Assembly: GCA_951406725.2 (NCBI GenBank)
Contig: OX597815.1
Location: forward strand, 47,492,001-47,556,000
Direction of reading: 5' to 3'
DNA length: 64,000 nt
Source of the DNA: Octopus vulgaris
Taxonomy: Eukaryota
Under the pieces are notes generated by a model. It had not been told where the DNA came from and did no database searches. It saw only the letters and a list, made by a program, of their open reading frames with translations. The translations under genes were made by a program, and so were the position numbers. Positions 27,841 through 41,687 of the stretch are shown piece after piece (the first letter of the stretch is position 1; each line of letters begins with the position of its first letter).

Positions 27841-28394
27841 ACATACACTGAGTATATGCGGTTGATAATGTTTACAACACTAGCGCTGCTTCTAATTCAC
27901 AATTTAAATTAAAATGCTACGTTTGTATCGTCGTGGCATACCAGCAAATGGTTTTTACACTATTTCTATATACTCATAGACTGGCGTTTCTTTTCGCCCT
28001 ATTTCAATGCAGTGTATGATACTGATAAGCCACAAAAATGGCGTAATATCGGTATCTGTCACTTCTGGATGGGATTAAGGACGAGTTGTCTGACCTGTTT
28101 ATGACTTTCAGGTGTTTTAATATCCACTGTGCTAACGGCAGTATACTGGTGAACAAGCATAATAAATACATTGAGAATGTGCGGTCGATAATATTTCCAA
28201 TAAATATATATATTATTCAACCCTTAGAAAAAAAATCAAATTAGGATTCAAACTAATAATATATATAAACGTAACCCTTATGTATCAAAAATAATATAAA
28301 ACCATAGGGATGATTAAAAAAACAAAGAAATCACAAAAATTCTGATCGACATAATCATAAAATCCAACTTTACAGGTTCAATTAAAACGATTCT

Positions 28395-28703
28395 GAGACC
28401 CCCTTCGGTCACGACACTGACCATGGGATTGCACCTAGAAAGGTACCCTCCGAGGCACAAGTCCGGGCAAGGTTGTTCATGGAAGACCAGCAGTCGCCCA
28501 TGCATGCCGGCCTCCCCTTTCACGCCACCAGTGTTATCCAAAGGAAAGGCAAGGGCCGTTACAGCTTGGCACCTATGACGTCGCAACTCATTTCTACAGC
28601 TGAGTGAACTGGAGCAACGTGAAATAAAATGTCTTGCTCAAGAACACAGCACGCAGCCCAGTCCGGGATTCGACGCTCTAACCACTGAGCCATGCACCTT
28701 CAC
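28395..28703 (-). mobile_element. SINE family D
   Basis: tRNA-like head atggctcagtggttagagcgtc; body ttcttgagcaagaca..cacgttgctccagttcactcagc; end gaccgaagggggtctc. Confidence 0.85.
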
Positions 28704-28771
28704 ATTAATATTAATATCGATTAATATCCTAATTAATATCATAATAGTCGAAAAAATATTATCAATACCAG

Positions 28772-29250
28772 CTTTTATCTTTTATCTTTACTTGTTTCAA
28801 TCATTAGACTGCGACCTTGCTGGGGCAACGCCTTGAAGAATTTTTAGTCGAATGAATAGACCCCAATATTTTTTTCCTTTAAAGCCTAGTGTTTATTTTA
28901 TCGATCCCCTTTGCCAAGCCTCAAATTTACGGAGACGTAAACACACCAACACTGGTTGTCAAACGGTGGCGGGAGACAAACACAGACACAAAGATACTCA
29001 CACACACACACACATATACAAGGCACATACATACATACAAAGCACATACACACACACACACGCACACACACATATATATGTATATACTCGGGCTTCTTTT
29101 CCGTTTCCGTCTACCAAATCCACTCCCAAGGCTTTGATGGGCCCGAGGCTATAACAGAATAGACTTGTCCAAAGTGTCACGCGGTAAGACTGAACCCGGA
29201 ACCATGTGGTTGGGAAGCAAGCTTCTTGCCACACAGCCATGCCTGCGCCT
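28772..29250 (-). mobile_element. SINE family B, full length
   Basis: aggcgcaggcatggctgtgtgg head, internal CA/TA tract, gaaacaagtaaaga tail. Confidence 0.85.
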
Positions 29251-29538
29251 CCATATAAAACAAAATAAACTTTTACTTCAATCTACTTTACTTTAACTTC
29301 CAATGTTATTGTATTTGTTTTGCAAGATTCTTCATGTGAAACGTGTGCAGAAACAGATATTGTTACACTCCAGTATGGTCATTTTTTGCCAATTAAACCT
29401 ACCACAGAATGACAAAATAGAATAGTCAAGGCAAGAGGAGACACATGGAACACAGTTGCTGAAGTGTTCACAGAATGTGTGACAAAAACTTTGACGGATA
29501 AATACTCGAAAAAAATAATAATAATATTGAAGCTCAAA

Positions 29539-29843
29539 AACGATAAACGTCGCCCTTTCCAAGCCTAGCCAGGCTCATGGGCCTGGTTTCTCGGTTTCTA
29601 TGGCGTATGTTTTCCCCCAGCTGAACGGGACGCCAGTCCATCGCAGCGTTACTCAAAAAACAGGAAGTGAGAGTAAGTTGTGGCGAAAGAGTACACCAGG
29701 GTCACCCCCACCCTCTGTCGGAGCCTCGTGGAGCTATCTTTTATGTGTTTTCGCTCAATAAAAACATACATCGCCCGGTCTGGGAATCGAAACCGCGACC
29801 CTCCGACTCCGCTGCCCTAACCACTGGGCCACTGCGCCTCCAC
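29539..29843 (-). mobile_element. SINE family C head with tail shared with 50538-50803
   Basis: ggaggcgcagtggcccagtggttagggcagcg head; TSD attgaagctcaaa / attaaagctcaaa. Confidence 0.85.
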
Positions 29844-30228
29844 ATTAAAGCTCAAATGAAGATCAAATAAATAGTCCGTGTGTTTAATTGGCAAAAATGA
29901 CTGTCCCCAAATATAACAATTTCTGGTGTTATTATTTTCCAATAAACTATTTGCTGATGTACACAAACCATATAAAGTTGCTAAAGTCCCTCATAAAAAT
30001 CAAAATTATTAATACACACAGTAAATATTTTTTCCAAATTAAATATATTAACAAATCGAAACGATACAGAGGATAACTTGCACGAACCCAAATAAAGAAA
30101 ACTCCTCAATGAACCAACTCCCAATGATATACTTAAACCTTTAGAAATAATCAAAAGCCCTCCCGAACAAAACAAAGACCAACATAAAAACTTTATAAAT
30201 AAAATGATACAATATTGCCTCACTGTTT

Positions 30229-30631
30229 GTAGGCGTGGCTGTGTGGTAAGAAGGTTGCTTTCTAACCATATGATTCCAGGTTCGTTGAAAAGCTTATTTT
30301 CCAGGTAGCTTCGGAAAGTTTATTTTACCATAGCCACGGACCGACCAATGCCTTGTGAGTGGATTTGGTAGACGGAAACTGAAGGAATGTGTGTGTTGTG
30401 CGTGTGCGTGTGTTTTTGTGTCTGTGTTTGTCCCTCTTCACCACCTATTGACAAGCGGCTTTGGTGTGTTTACCTCCCCGTAAATTAGCGGTTAGGCAAA
30501 AGGCTTCGATAAAATAACTGCTAGGCAGTAAAGAAAATAAGTACAGGGGTCGGTTCATTTGACTAAAAATTCTCCAAGGTGGTGCCCCAGTTATGGCCTC
30601 AGTCTCAGGACTGAAACAAGTAAAAGAATAA
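30229..30631 (+). mobile_element. SINE family B
   Basis: gtggctgtgtggtaag...gccttgtgagtggatttggtagacggaaactga...gactgaaacaagtaaaaga. Confidence 0.85.
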
Positions 30632-31082
30632 CAGAATATCCAGCCATAATTATACAAAATGTACATTGTTCAACATATACAACCTTTTTTAGTTGTGCTT
30701 AAATAGCGATTTGGCTGGCATTTCTAGCAAAACAACTGACCTAGTAGTAGAAGGTCTCTGGACTTCCTCGTATGCGATGTATTATACAAGTCGCTATAAT
30801 ATAGGTCACTGCTATCAAATCTATACGTCTTCCATACATATTTCTGGCCTTGTGCCAAATGTAGAGAATCCCCATTATGAAAGAAAACGCTATCCTACAT
30901 AAAATGGCAATATAATATATTCTTCGGTTACACAGACTTCTAGTCAGACAGTGTTTTATCAAGGGAATTGGATGTTGTAAAGAGTACTCCGTTCCCTGAG
31001 ACATTCGCAATATAAATGAGTTAAAACGGCTCCAATCTGTAATCAACACCGGGTCATATACATATATATACATGTATATATG

Positions 31083-31173
<91 letters not shown>

Positions 31174-32293
31174 ATTATATATATGTACGTATCTATGTAT
31201 GTAAGCATATACGTGTATACGTATGTATATATACATAACACATAATATTTTTATACATACATATGTATGTATATTTGTATATATATACACACACACTGTT
31301 TATAAGTATAAATACATATTACATACATATGTTTGTATATGCGTCCATGAGAATGAGCGTTTGTATCTATGGACGTGTGTGTGTGTTTTTTTTTTTGGGT
31401 TGGGGTACGGAGCATATATTTCAAGCGCTGAACTTAATATGGTTTGGAAATAAAAATTTTTTTTTACTTTTTTTAAACCATCCAGAGAGGTTTGCAAAAG
31501 ATATTCTCCCAAAATGAATTTCCACCGTGTCATTTGTTTAAAAACTGGACCGAAACCTTTGTTCAATTAATAATCTTACAAGATTTCTTTTCGATTTAAT
31601 TATAAATTCTATCTGTATTTTCAGTTGGACAGTTAAAACAGTAAGGTAAGATTTTATTTCAAATTCTAACAGTAGTTTTTAAACTTCATTCATTATTTGA
31701 AAGAATAGAAGTTGCATTCGGAAATTTCCTCTTCCAGTAAAAAACTAATTATACAATGTGGCTTCTACAAACAAGACGGCAGTTTACTTTTATCTGCACT
31801 CTATGTATTATACTTTGAATGAGTCTACAATACTTTTTCGAACATAAAACTGTTTCTTCCTGAAAGAAATTGATATCTGTCAGGAGTTAAGCATAATGCT
31901 GTCTTTGGAAAATGTTAGTCGAGAAGAAAAGGACATTTGCGTACTTTAACTATACAAGCTCGACACACAACATGCACAAATACATACCACTCACAATACA
32001 CGCGATCCCTGCAATTTCCTGCATGCTATATGATCCTGTAGGGGATGGGCCACCTTTCACTTTAAAAAAGAGAGAGAATAAGAATGCGATAAAGGTAAAA
32101 AAGAAATATGTATTCAATAATTACTGCTAGCTTTGTACTCACTTTTTACAAAGATTTCTTTCAGAGAATTTTTGGGACAAAGTAGAATAGTCCTTAAAAG
32201 TACACATACCTATAAATCAGTAATTATATGAAAGCATTATTGCTGTTAAAAACAGCAATAATGAGGCGGTTAACAAGACTTCTACCTTGAGCT

Positions 32294-32628
32294 GAGATCC
32301 CCTTCGGTCATGAATGATCATGGGATTGCACCTCGAAGGTTACCCTCCCAGGCACAAGTCCGGGCAAGGTTGTTTATGGAAGACCAGCAGTCGCCCATGC
32401 TTATCGACCTCCCGTCTTTACGCCACCAGTGTTATCTAAGGGAAAAGCAAAAACCGAGACAGCTTGGCACCAGTAACGTCGCAACTCATTTCTACAGCTG
32501 AGTGTCTGGAGCAACGTGAAATAAAGAGTCTTGCTCAAGAACACAACACGCAGCCCGGTCCAGGATTCGAACTCACAACCTCACGATCGTAGGCTCGACG
32601 CTCTAACCACTGAACCATGCGCTTTCAC
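32294..32628 (-). mobile_element. SINE family D, full length
   Basis: Colinear with 28395-28703; tctacctt occurs on both flanks. Confidence 0.85.
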
Positions 32629-33160
32629 TCTACCTTAATAGGTATAATATTAAATATTTGAATAAAAGAAGGGTAAAAATACCGCTTGCCAAAGATGAAA
32701 GCAAAAGCTTTAAAAACCACTAATCCTACAATAAATACACACACGATAGTTTTTTCTTTAAACGGAGCGGAACGTTTTAAGTTCGAAACGCACACGAGTT
32801 TGACGTAGGAATATTTTGGAAATAGATGTTATTATCTCCAACTGAAGATTGCAAAGCATGTTTACTCCTGAACAGCATGAAATCAATTGATATTGGGGTA
32901 TGTAAACTATCTCCAAATTCCATCCTGAAGGTAGGCATATTTTTTAAAGTGTTCATTGCTTTGCTCGTGTGTGTATTTATCGTAGGATTGGTGGTTTTTG
33001 AAGCTTTCGCTTTTATTTTTGGCGAGCGGTATTTTTGCCCTTCTTTTATTCAGATACCTGTAAATCGATATAATTGTAGTCTACATCGCAAAAACCTATG
33101 GGTAAATAAAGTTAAGATGCGTGAAATGTCACCCCCACCGACTCATTTTACGTTCCTTCC

Positions 33161-33682
33161 GTGTCAGTTTCCAGCAGTCACGCCTTGAGCACAGACGTAT
33201 ATTGCATTAAGTTTTACCAAAAGCTTGCTGATATTACAGCTCAAATCACTCAGAAGATACAGCAAGCCATTGATGATGATGCCATGGGCAAAACTCAGAT
33301 GAAGGAGTGGCACAACCGCTTCAAACATGGCCAGACCTCAGCGGACAGCAAGGCATGTTCGAGCAGAGCATCTGCAAGCCGAAACGAAGAACCGACTGAG
33401 AAGTTTCGGTGAATAGTCATGGAAGATCATTATGTAGCAGTGAAGAACATTGCTTCCGAAGTAAAAATAAGCACAGAATCAATGCATTTCATCTTAAAGA
33501 AGGATCTGTGCCCGCGGAGAGTGTCGTTGAAATTCGCCCCCAAGATGCTGGCGGAGCAGCAGAAGCAACTCTGTATGGAAATTGCTCAGGATATGCTGCA
33601 CTCTGCAAACCACGAACCAGGCTTCAAGAAAACCACCATCACAAGTGAAGAGACACGGGGTTATGGTCTCTGCTCCATGTGA
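33161..33682 (+). pseudogene. Mariner transposase N-terminal half, truncated by SINE A (33683-33805)
   Basis: YCIKF..KL..IQQAIDDDAMGKTQMKEWHNRFKHG..*..KFAPKML (WVPxxL motif)..TITSEETRGYG (decayed TGDETW). Confidence 0.85.
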
Positions 33683-34346
33683 GATCGACTTTGCCTATCT
33701 TTCCTTCGGAGTCGATAAAATAAGTACCAGTTGAGCACTGGGGTCGATGTAATCAACTTACCCCGTCCTCTGAAATTGCTGAACTTGTGCCAAGATTTGA
33801 GACAAATATTTATTTGAAATATATTTTATAGAGAATGCTATTTATTCAACTGTAACTCATTCTAATGAGTGCTTGCGTCTAGGATAACTAATGTGATTCA
33901 GAGCGTAAATAGAAATCAATGACAAACTGTATCCCTAAAATTTCGGAATCTTACCATCAGTTTGTGTATACGGACATTGAAAGTTACTCTCAAAAATGTA
34001 TCTATTGTAAAATAAAATGTATTTTTCACAAAAATTAATTCTATCAATTATAGAACTGAAGTTATACAGATTGGAAATTGCAGAATGATTGTATACAAAC
34101 CTGTATTCGTAAGGGCATAATTATATATTCATATATCTATAAATAAGCACATACATGCTGTTCAGAGCATGTACATGAGCTCGAGTGTACATGTACGTAT
34201 TTATGTGTCTACGTATGTATATACAAATATATGTAAAAACATTTATATCTTTATGTGTGTGTATGTATATGTGTATATATGCATATATAGATATGTAATG
34301 TATATATGTGGGTGTTAGTATGTGTCTCTCTCTCTCCCCTTCTCTC

Positions 34347-34398
<52 letters not shown>

Positions 34399-34957
34399 GG
34401 TTGTGTGCATGTATGTCATGTCAGTTGGCAAACTTTGTGTATGTGTGTGTGTGTTTGTGTCTGTGTGTGTGCGTTAGCTTGTCTCTGTTTGAACTAAAAA
34501 CATATCACTTCTACTAACAGCGAAGATAATAATATGGAGAATAAACGAAAAACAAAACAATCAAATAACACTCAAGAAAGAAAATCAAATTAAAAATATA
34601 AGGAAGAACAAAAAAAAAAATGGTGACAAAATATGATGACGATAATGTTGATGAAATAGAGTTTTTGGGAGACAAGGAATGATTTCTTTTTCCCGATTTC
34701 TTTTTTATTCGTTAGAAAAATGTACGCCTCAAAATTGGACTGCAGTTTACACAGACATATTTCGACGCAATTCGGGGAAAGCTATGACGCCATATTACAT
34801 GGTTTTTACATGATTCAAAATGGTTGATATAACAAAAACATGTATGCTTCGGAAGAGCTCGAACACACAGTAAACATACTACTCTATTAATTGGAAGTCG
34901 GGTGTGATATGATCTTCGTAGGAAGGTAAAAGATAAACAATAATAATAATAATAATA

Positions 34958-34990
<33 letters not shown>

Positions 34991-35280
34991 ACAACAACAA
35001 CAACAACACTAGTAATAATAATGACAACGTCAACAATTGTGGTAGTAATGGTAATAATTATAACAATAATAACAACAACAACGACAAGAAAAGGAAGAAG
35101 AGGAGGAGGAATAGGACGGTGATGATGACGTGAACTAGAAGAAGAAAGAACGAAGACAGGGTGGCGAGATAGAAATTATTTTCCGTATACGTGAGGAAAA
35201 AATTATGTATTTTTCTTTATCTTTTATTAAGCATCCTTCTTGTTGAGTTTTCAAACATGTGATGAGTGCGTATGTGTGTG

Positions 35281-35364
<84 letters not shown>

Positions 35365-35609
35365 CAAAGAGAAAGGCAAGCAAACAGATTGAAAGAGAAA
35401 GCGTGAGAGAGGGGACAGAGAGAGAGAGAGACCGAGAGAAAGAGAGACAGAGAGAGAAAGAGAGACCGAGGGAGAGAGAGACCGAGAGAGAGAAATACCC
35501 AGAGAGAGAGTAAAGAGAAAGACAAGCAAACAGATTGATAGACAAAGAGAGAGAGAGGGGGACAGAGAAAGCGACCGAGTGAGAGAGAGAGACCGAGTGA
35601 GAGAGAGAG

Positions 35610-35646
<37 letters not shown>

Positions 35647-36096
35647 GAGAGAGAGAGAGATCATTCAAAACATTTCTTCGTTCATATACCATCTGATGAT
35701 TACCTCTCAGGCAACAATCTGAATAAATATGAAAAAAATATTGTCAACTTTCGCGATAATATACGTAATATTATATAAACATAATGAGATACACACGCAC
35801 ACATCCACACACGCACACATGCAAACACATGCATTTATACTCACAGGCACACCGATACACATCCACACACACATCCACACAGACATACACACATAGACAT
35901 ACATATGCCTATACGTCGTGTGGCGTGGGTGGTGGCATATATTTTCGTTTTGTTTGCTAACTCACCATATTAATTAAGAACGCCGAATTATCTTTCCTTT
36001 CCACGCTCTTCTGTCGTCACAGCATTATTTCATGTCTTGTTAACAATATCTGTTATCATAAAAACAAAAAAAACAAATAATAGTACTGCTTTTCAC

Positions 36097-36167
<71 letters not shown>

Positions 36168-36467
36168 TAATAATGACAATATAATATTACTCATAATGAT
36201 AACAATGGCACCAGACAACAAAAACAGTTAGCTTAACACTAATAATATTGATTTTATTATTCCCTAACATCACCAATATTACCATCAGCGGCATTTTTAC
36301 TATTGTTTTATAAGTCTTCTTGGTATTGTTGTTATGTTGTTTTTTTTACGTTATTAAGATTCTTCTTAGTTTCGTATAATTCTAAGTTTTAGTTTTCTGT
36401 AACATAATAGTCAGAAAACTGGATAGGTTATTACATAATTATATGTGCGTGTACGCGTGTATTTGTG

Positions 36468-36686
<219 letters not shown>

Positions 36687-36820
36687 GCAAAGGGGTAGGG
36701 ATGTAGACATAAGCGAATCAGCTGTATTGATTGCTTACACGCACTTTCAAGAATGAGATAACTCGATATTGTAAAAAAAAGCATACTAGTACAGTAAAGC
36801 TCAATTGACATTTCTAGTAC

Positions 36821-36860
<40 letters not shown>

Positions 36861-37271
36861 TCATATACATATGCATATACATATACATATATATATATGC
36901 GCGTGTGTTTGTGTGTGTATGTATGTATGTATGTATGTAATTATATACATACATACGTGCATGCATGTTTGTGTATATTTGCATGTATGTATTTATGTAT
37001 GCATATGTATATAGATGTGTACATGAATATATACTTATATGTGTACGTATACATCTTTTTCCCTCACCCGACTCTTTACTTCAATCACATCTCTTCATTT
37101 CATACTTCTTTCCTTTTACCTCTCTCTCCCACTGATTTTCCCTGCTACAACTTGCTGCTCTTTGTACGAAGCTCCCGCAGTCCTGAATAGTTCCTTATCA
37201 GTTATTGTCAGTTTTCTTACTTAGAGAATGTAAAACAAAACCTACTCTCTTTAGTTTCTCTCCTCTCAACT

Positions 37272-37306
37272 TTTTTCTGATGAAGGATTCTGTCCGAAAC
37301 GTTAAG
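37272..37306 (+). ncRNA. Minimal hammerhead-ribozyme motif
   Basis: CUGAUGA-A-GGA(UUCUG)UCC-GAAAC-GUU; palindromic AACGUU stem III; weak stem I. Confidence 0.55.
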
Positions 37307-38164
37307 CTTTCCAATCCCCGCAACAATTTCACCGTACCCTTCTTGCAAATCTTGGCGACACAGACCAACACTATGTAGAGTCTATTTCTTCATATGTATG
37401 AACATGTATTATTCTAGTCTTTTATCTTTTTACTTGTTTAAGCTATGCGGCTGTGATCATGCTGGAGCACCACCGTGCATGTATGTGCATATATGCTTGC
37501 ATAAGCAAAATATATTTACACGAACAACGGTATACTATGCAATACATGTGTAGAAATAAATATATGTAATATGAGAGTCTATTACTTCATGCTTACTTAA
37601 TTTACACCCAAAGGATCCTTAGTCGTCTATAAGAATTATTTCATCCTCCATAAAAACCCATATCCCTTTCAAGAGATGTTGATCGTAGCTCTATTGTACT
37701 TAAGATAATAACGCAATGGTCATACCCTATCAGTTTTTAAAAGGAAAGGATTCATGTCTTTCACACCGTTATAAAAACTGATGGTTTAAATTGAAATGGT
37801 TTTGCTATTGTTTTGCTCGATTTGTATTGATTTTGCAGATGCGGGGTCAAAGCAAATGCTACCATATCTCTTCGAATTCAGTATTAACACTTCTATTTAT
37901 TATACAGTGTGTTCTACAACACTAAAGTAATATTAATAACATGTGAATCTGTCATGTGTAATCAACCGTGGTACTTAACATTCAAAGAAATGTATCTCAC
38001 AACAAAAGATATCTAATGTAAAAATACGTGTCAAACTGTGTAAATTTTGGGGAAGAAATTCACAGTGATATGTGAATTTGATGGTATTTATGATGTTGCA
38101 GCATTTCAATCTGACCATCCTACCCGTGACATTTTATTAATTCACCTAAAGAAAATCATTGGTA

Positions 38165-38395
38165 TATATATATATGTGTGTTTGTGTGTCTGTGTTTGTT
38201 CCCCTAGCATTACTTGACAACCGATGCTGGTGTGCTTACGTCCCCGTCACTTAGCGGTTCGGCAAAAAGAGACCGATAGAATAAGTACTGGGCTTACAAA
38301 AAGAATAAGTCCCGGGGTCGAGCTGCTCGACTAAAGGCGGTGCTCCAGCATGGCCGCAGTCAAATGACTGAAACAAGTAAAAGAGTAAAAGAGTA
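38165..38395 (+). mobile_element. SINE family B, 3' half, low divergence
   Basis: cttgacaaccgatgctggtgtg..gtcaaatgactgaaacaagtaaaagagtaaaagagta. Confidence 0.88.
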
Positions 38396-38850
38396 TATAT
38401 ATATACATGCATATATGAGTACAGGACGTCACCAACAGTAAACAACATGAAATACGAAAACAAATGTGTTCATAACAACGAGAGAAACAAATGGAAAACA
38501 GGACAAGTAACACAAAAAACGACCCTTCAGCTATTGTCGGCTCTCTATCTGCTCCTCATTTCGAGCATTGAACGATAATATGAGTTTTCAAAGACAGTTG
38601 CTCCCCATAAGTACCAAAATAAAATTTTGGATTTATGGAGGGTCAAAGTTGGGAACAAAAACAGGACAGTGGAGACATACAAAGAAACCGAACGAAAACA
38701 AACACGGGGTGTAGTTAGAGCAGAAATGGTGTAAAATAGCGAACGTTGAAGAAATATTTTCTCTGAAAGAGAAAAGAGAAGAAAGATACAGAATACGTCC
38801 ATTCCTTATCTATCTATCTGTCTATCTATCTATCTATCTATCTATCAATC

Positions 38851-38929
38851 TATCTATCTACATGTCCAGTCCTTATCTATCTACATGTCCAGTCCTTATC
38901 TATCTACATGTCCAGTCCTTATCTATCTA
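38851..38929. repeat. 23-bp minisatellite, ~3 units
   Basis: Unit ctatctacatgtccagtccttat; catg at 38861, 38884, 38907. Confidence 0.9.
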
Positions 38930-39020
38930 AGTACGTACGTATGTATGTATGTATATATACATTACACATTCATACATGCACTGAGACGCACTCAAAACCA
39001 TACAGATTTATTTTAATAAA

Positions 39021-39108
39021 AACCTAAGCTTTCACCCTATTCTAGGGTTCGTCAGATTATGATTGTATTTTATACCTGATGAACATTGTATCAAAGTGAG
39101 AGCAGGTT
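39021..39108. ncRNA. Back-to-back pair of hammerhead-like motifs
   Basis: Minus: CUGACGA-ACCCUA(GAA)UAGGGU-GAAAGCUU. Plus: CUGAUGA-ACAUUG(UAU)CAAAGU-GAGAGC (core mutated). Stem I is poor in both. Confidence 0.5.
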
Positions 39109-39311
39109 TTCTTTTCTTCAGCTCATTAATCGGTTTCATTAATTATAATTATCTGTTAGTCAGTTATCTGTACGAGTTACTCCGATTCTTTTTAGGATTT
39201 AGTTAATCCTAAACAACCATACCTGTGAACGCGTGTGTATGTGTGTGTATGTCTATCTGTACGTATGCGAGTGTGTGTGTATGTGTGTTTATTGTGTGTA
39301 TAAGTGTATAT

Positions 39312-39620
39312 CACTGCGATCACTGCGACCGACCAGGCTATCAGATGTTGCTACACATCGCTGGTCACAATGCGCTTCGCATTGTTTTAGCCTTCAAATG
39401 ACGCCACACCGCTCGCTAAGCAAGCAGGCCAACAGAAGAAAGAGCGAGAGGAATTTGTGGCGAAAGAGTACAGCAGGGATCGCCACCACCCTCTGCCGGA
39501 GTCTCGTGGAGCTTTAGGTGTTTTCGCTCAATAAACACTCGCAACGCCCGGTCTGGGAATCGAAACCGCGATCCTACGACCGCGAGTTCGCTGCCCTAAC
39601 CACTGGGCCATTGCGCCTCC
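39312..39620 (-). mobile_element. SINE family C, full length, with perfect 12-bp TSD
   Basis: tRNA-like head ggaggcgcaatggcccagtggttagggc..ggtttcgattccc; TSD ataagtgtatat at 39300-39311 and 39621-39632. Confidence 0.92.
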
Positions 39621-40310
39621 ATAAGTGTATATGCTACTAAAATTGTATACGCTCGCACATAGAACAGTAAGTACGGAGGTAGCTTAAACGGCTGATGTAT
39701 TTTCTTCAAGGTGTATTTTTCTGGTTTACAAAATGTTCTTCTCATCGTCTCAATTCGCCACTGAACATTTACTGTTCCAGTCCTTTCTTTTGTTTCTTTC
39801 TTTCTTATTGATAAAGCGGTTGTTGTTAATGATGAGATTATGGCGGCGGTGGCGGCGGCGGTGGTGATGGTGGTGGTGGTGGTGGTGGTGTGGAGGAAGA
39901 GGAAACAGTGTTATGAAGGAGAAAAGGGAGCGGAGGAGAAGGAGGAGGTAGTCGTCACGATGATATGAGGAGAAGGAGGAGCAGGAGGAGGAAAAGAAAG
40001 AAGAGGAGGAGAAAGAGGAGGAAGAGTAGGGAGAGGGGAGGACAACGACGACATCCCCCTCCGTTTTCAAGGCTGCAGTGACCAAGAGGACTGCGACGAC
40101 GACGACATCGACACCCACAACTAAAAGCAATACAAATATTGCTTTAACATGCCGCATAAAATGTTCCGTGGCATATCTTCCAACTTTACATTCCGAGTTC
40201 AAATTCCGCCGTAGTCGACTTTGTCTTCAATTCTTCTAGGGACTATGAAATAAGAAATCGAGACCCTCCCCGAACTTCCTCTCCTTGCGCCAAAATTTGA
40301 AACCATTATT

Positions 40311-40354
<44 letters not shown>

Positions 40355-40359
40355 TATTA

Positions 40360-40421
<62 letters not shown>

Positions 40422-40433
40422 GTTATTATTATT

Positions 40434-40957
40434 GAGTGAGAGAGCAGTTCATGCCATCAAAGTGACACTGGGGTAAAATATACGAAGCCCAATATACCCA
40501 TCATGACTACCCGTCTTATAAAAGTACACCAGGCACATGCATCACAACCATATGTGCACGACATGGTGATCTCATATCAAGATAAACAGCACATGACCTT
40601 GCAGGTGGGGCCCAGTTAGAATTTTCTTCAGGTTGAGTAGCCCATCCCGCTCAAACGGTCCCTGAATAAGGTTTATTTAAGGATGTTGAAAGAACCACCC
40701 ATGTTTCCAGAGGTGAACTATTCAAACCCCAAAGAATCCCTCTCAACACATGGCTATGATGCTCCCCCACTACTTCTGCTCGTGATCAGAGATGCACATA
40801 TCGTCAGCCACTAAGGGACATGCTCAACTGGTTAAGGTCAAACAACTGACAAGCAAATCTGTGGTATTGAGCAGAATATTTGCTGTAGCCCATCTTTTAT
40901 ACCAAGACAAAACAATGTACATGATAACACTTCCAATCAGTTAAGATCAAAAGCCAT

Positions 40958-40958
<1 letters not shown>
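40434..40958 (-). mobile_element. Repeat family E (probable LINE 3' end or SINE with (AAT)n tail)
   Basis: 525-bp unit embedded in (ATT)n; three other partial copies in the window; minus strand ends ctctctcactc(aat)n. Confidence 0.7.
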
Positions 40959-41004
<46 letters not shown>

Positions 41005-41029
41005 GTTATCATTATTATTATTATCATTA

Positions 41030-41632
41030 TTATAAGGGGTTAAAATGATTCGCGTCATTTCGTCCGTCCTTACATTCTGCGTTCAGATTTCGCCGTGGTC
41101 AACTTTGCCATTGGTCCTTTCGGTGTCGATAAAATAAATACCAGTTACATATTGGGATCAATGTAATCGGCTAGTTCCCTCCTCGAACCTGTTGGCCTTG
41201 TGTCAAAATGACGGTCATCTGTCAGAATCGTTTACATGCCAATCAAAATGCTTAGCTGTATTTCGTCCTTACATCACGAGTTCAAATTCCGCCGAGGTCG
41301 GCTTTCCCTTTCATCCTTTCGGGGTCGATAAAATTAGTACCAGTTGAAAATTGTGGTCGAACTCTCAAGCCTTGAGCCTTTAGTAGAAAGGATTGACAGA
41401 ATCGTTACCACGCCGGACGAAATGCTTACCAGTATTTCGTTTGTCTTTATGTTCTGAGTTCAAATTCTACCGAGGTCGACATTGCTTTTCATCCTTTCAG
41501 GGTCGATACATTAAGATACAGGGTCGATACCATTGAAACGCTGAGGTCGATTTAATCGACTAGTTTCATCCCCACAAATTCCAGGTCTCGTGTCTATAGT
41601 AGAAATGATTATTATTATTGTTGTTGTTGTTG

Positions 41633-41687
<55 letters not shown>

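Noticed and set aside
29960-30225. A/C-skewed segment resembling a NUMT or coding fragment
   Set aside because: No mitochondrial or transposon motif recognised in the frames examined.
38400-38800. Possible type II hammerhead or pseudo-LTR on the minus strand
   Set aside because: I could not fold a valid three-stem junction; left unassigned.
38851-38929. CRISPR-like short repeats
   Set aside because: Contiguous tandem units with no spacers, no cas genes and a eukaryotic context.
39545-39620. tRNA gene-like sequence (also at 56729, 32555 and 29770)
   Set aside because: These are SINE heads continuing into SINE bodies, mostly bounded by TSDs.
39750-40202. 150-aa ORF with poly-His/Ser
   Set aside because: Built from (GGT)n/(GGA)n low-complexity DNA and begins within a SINE A fragment.
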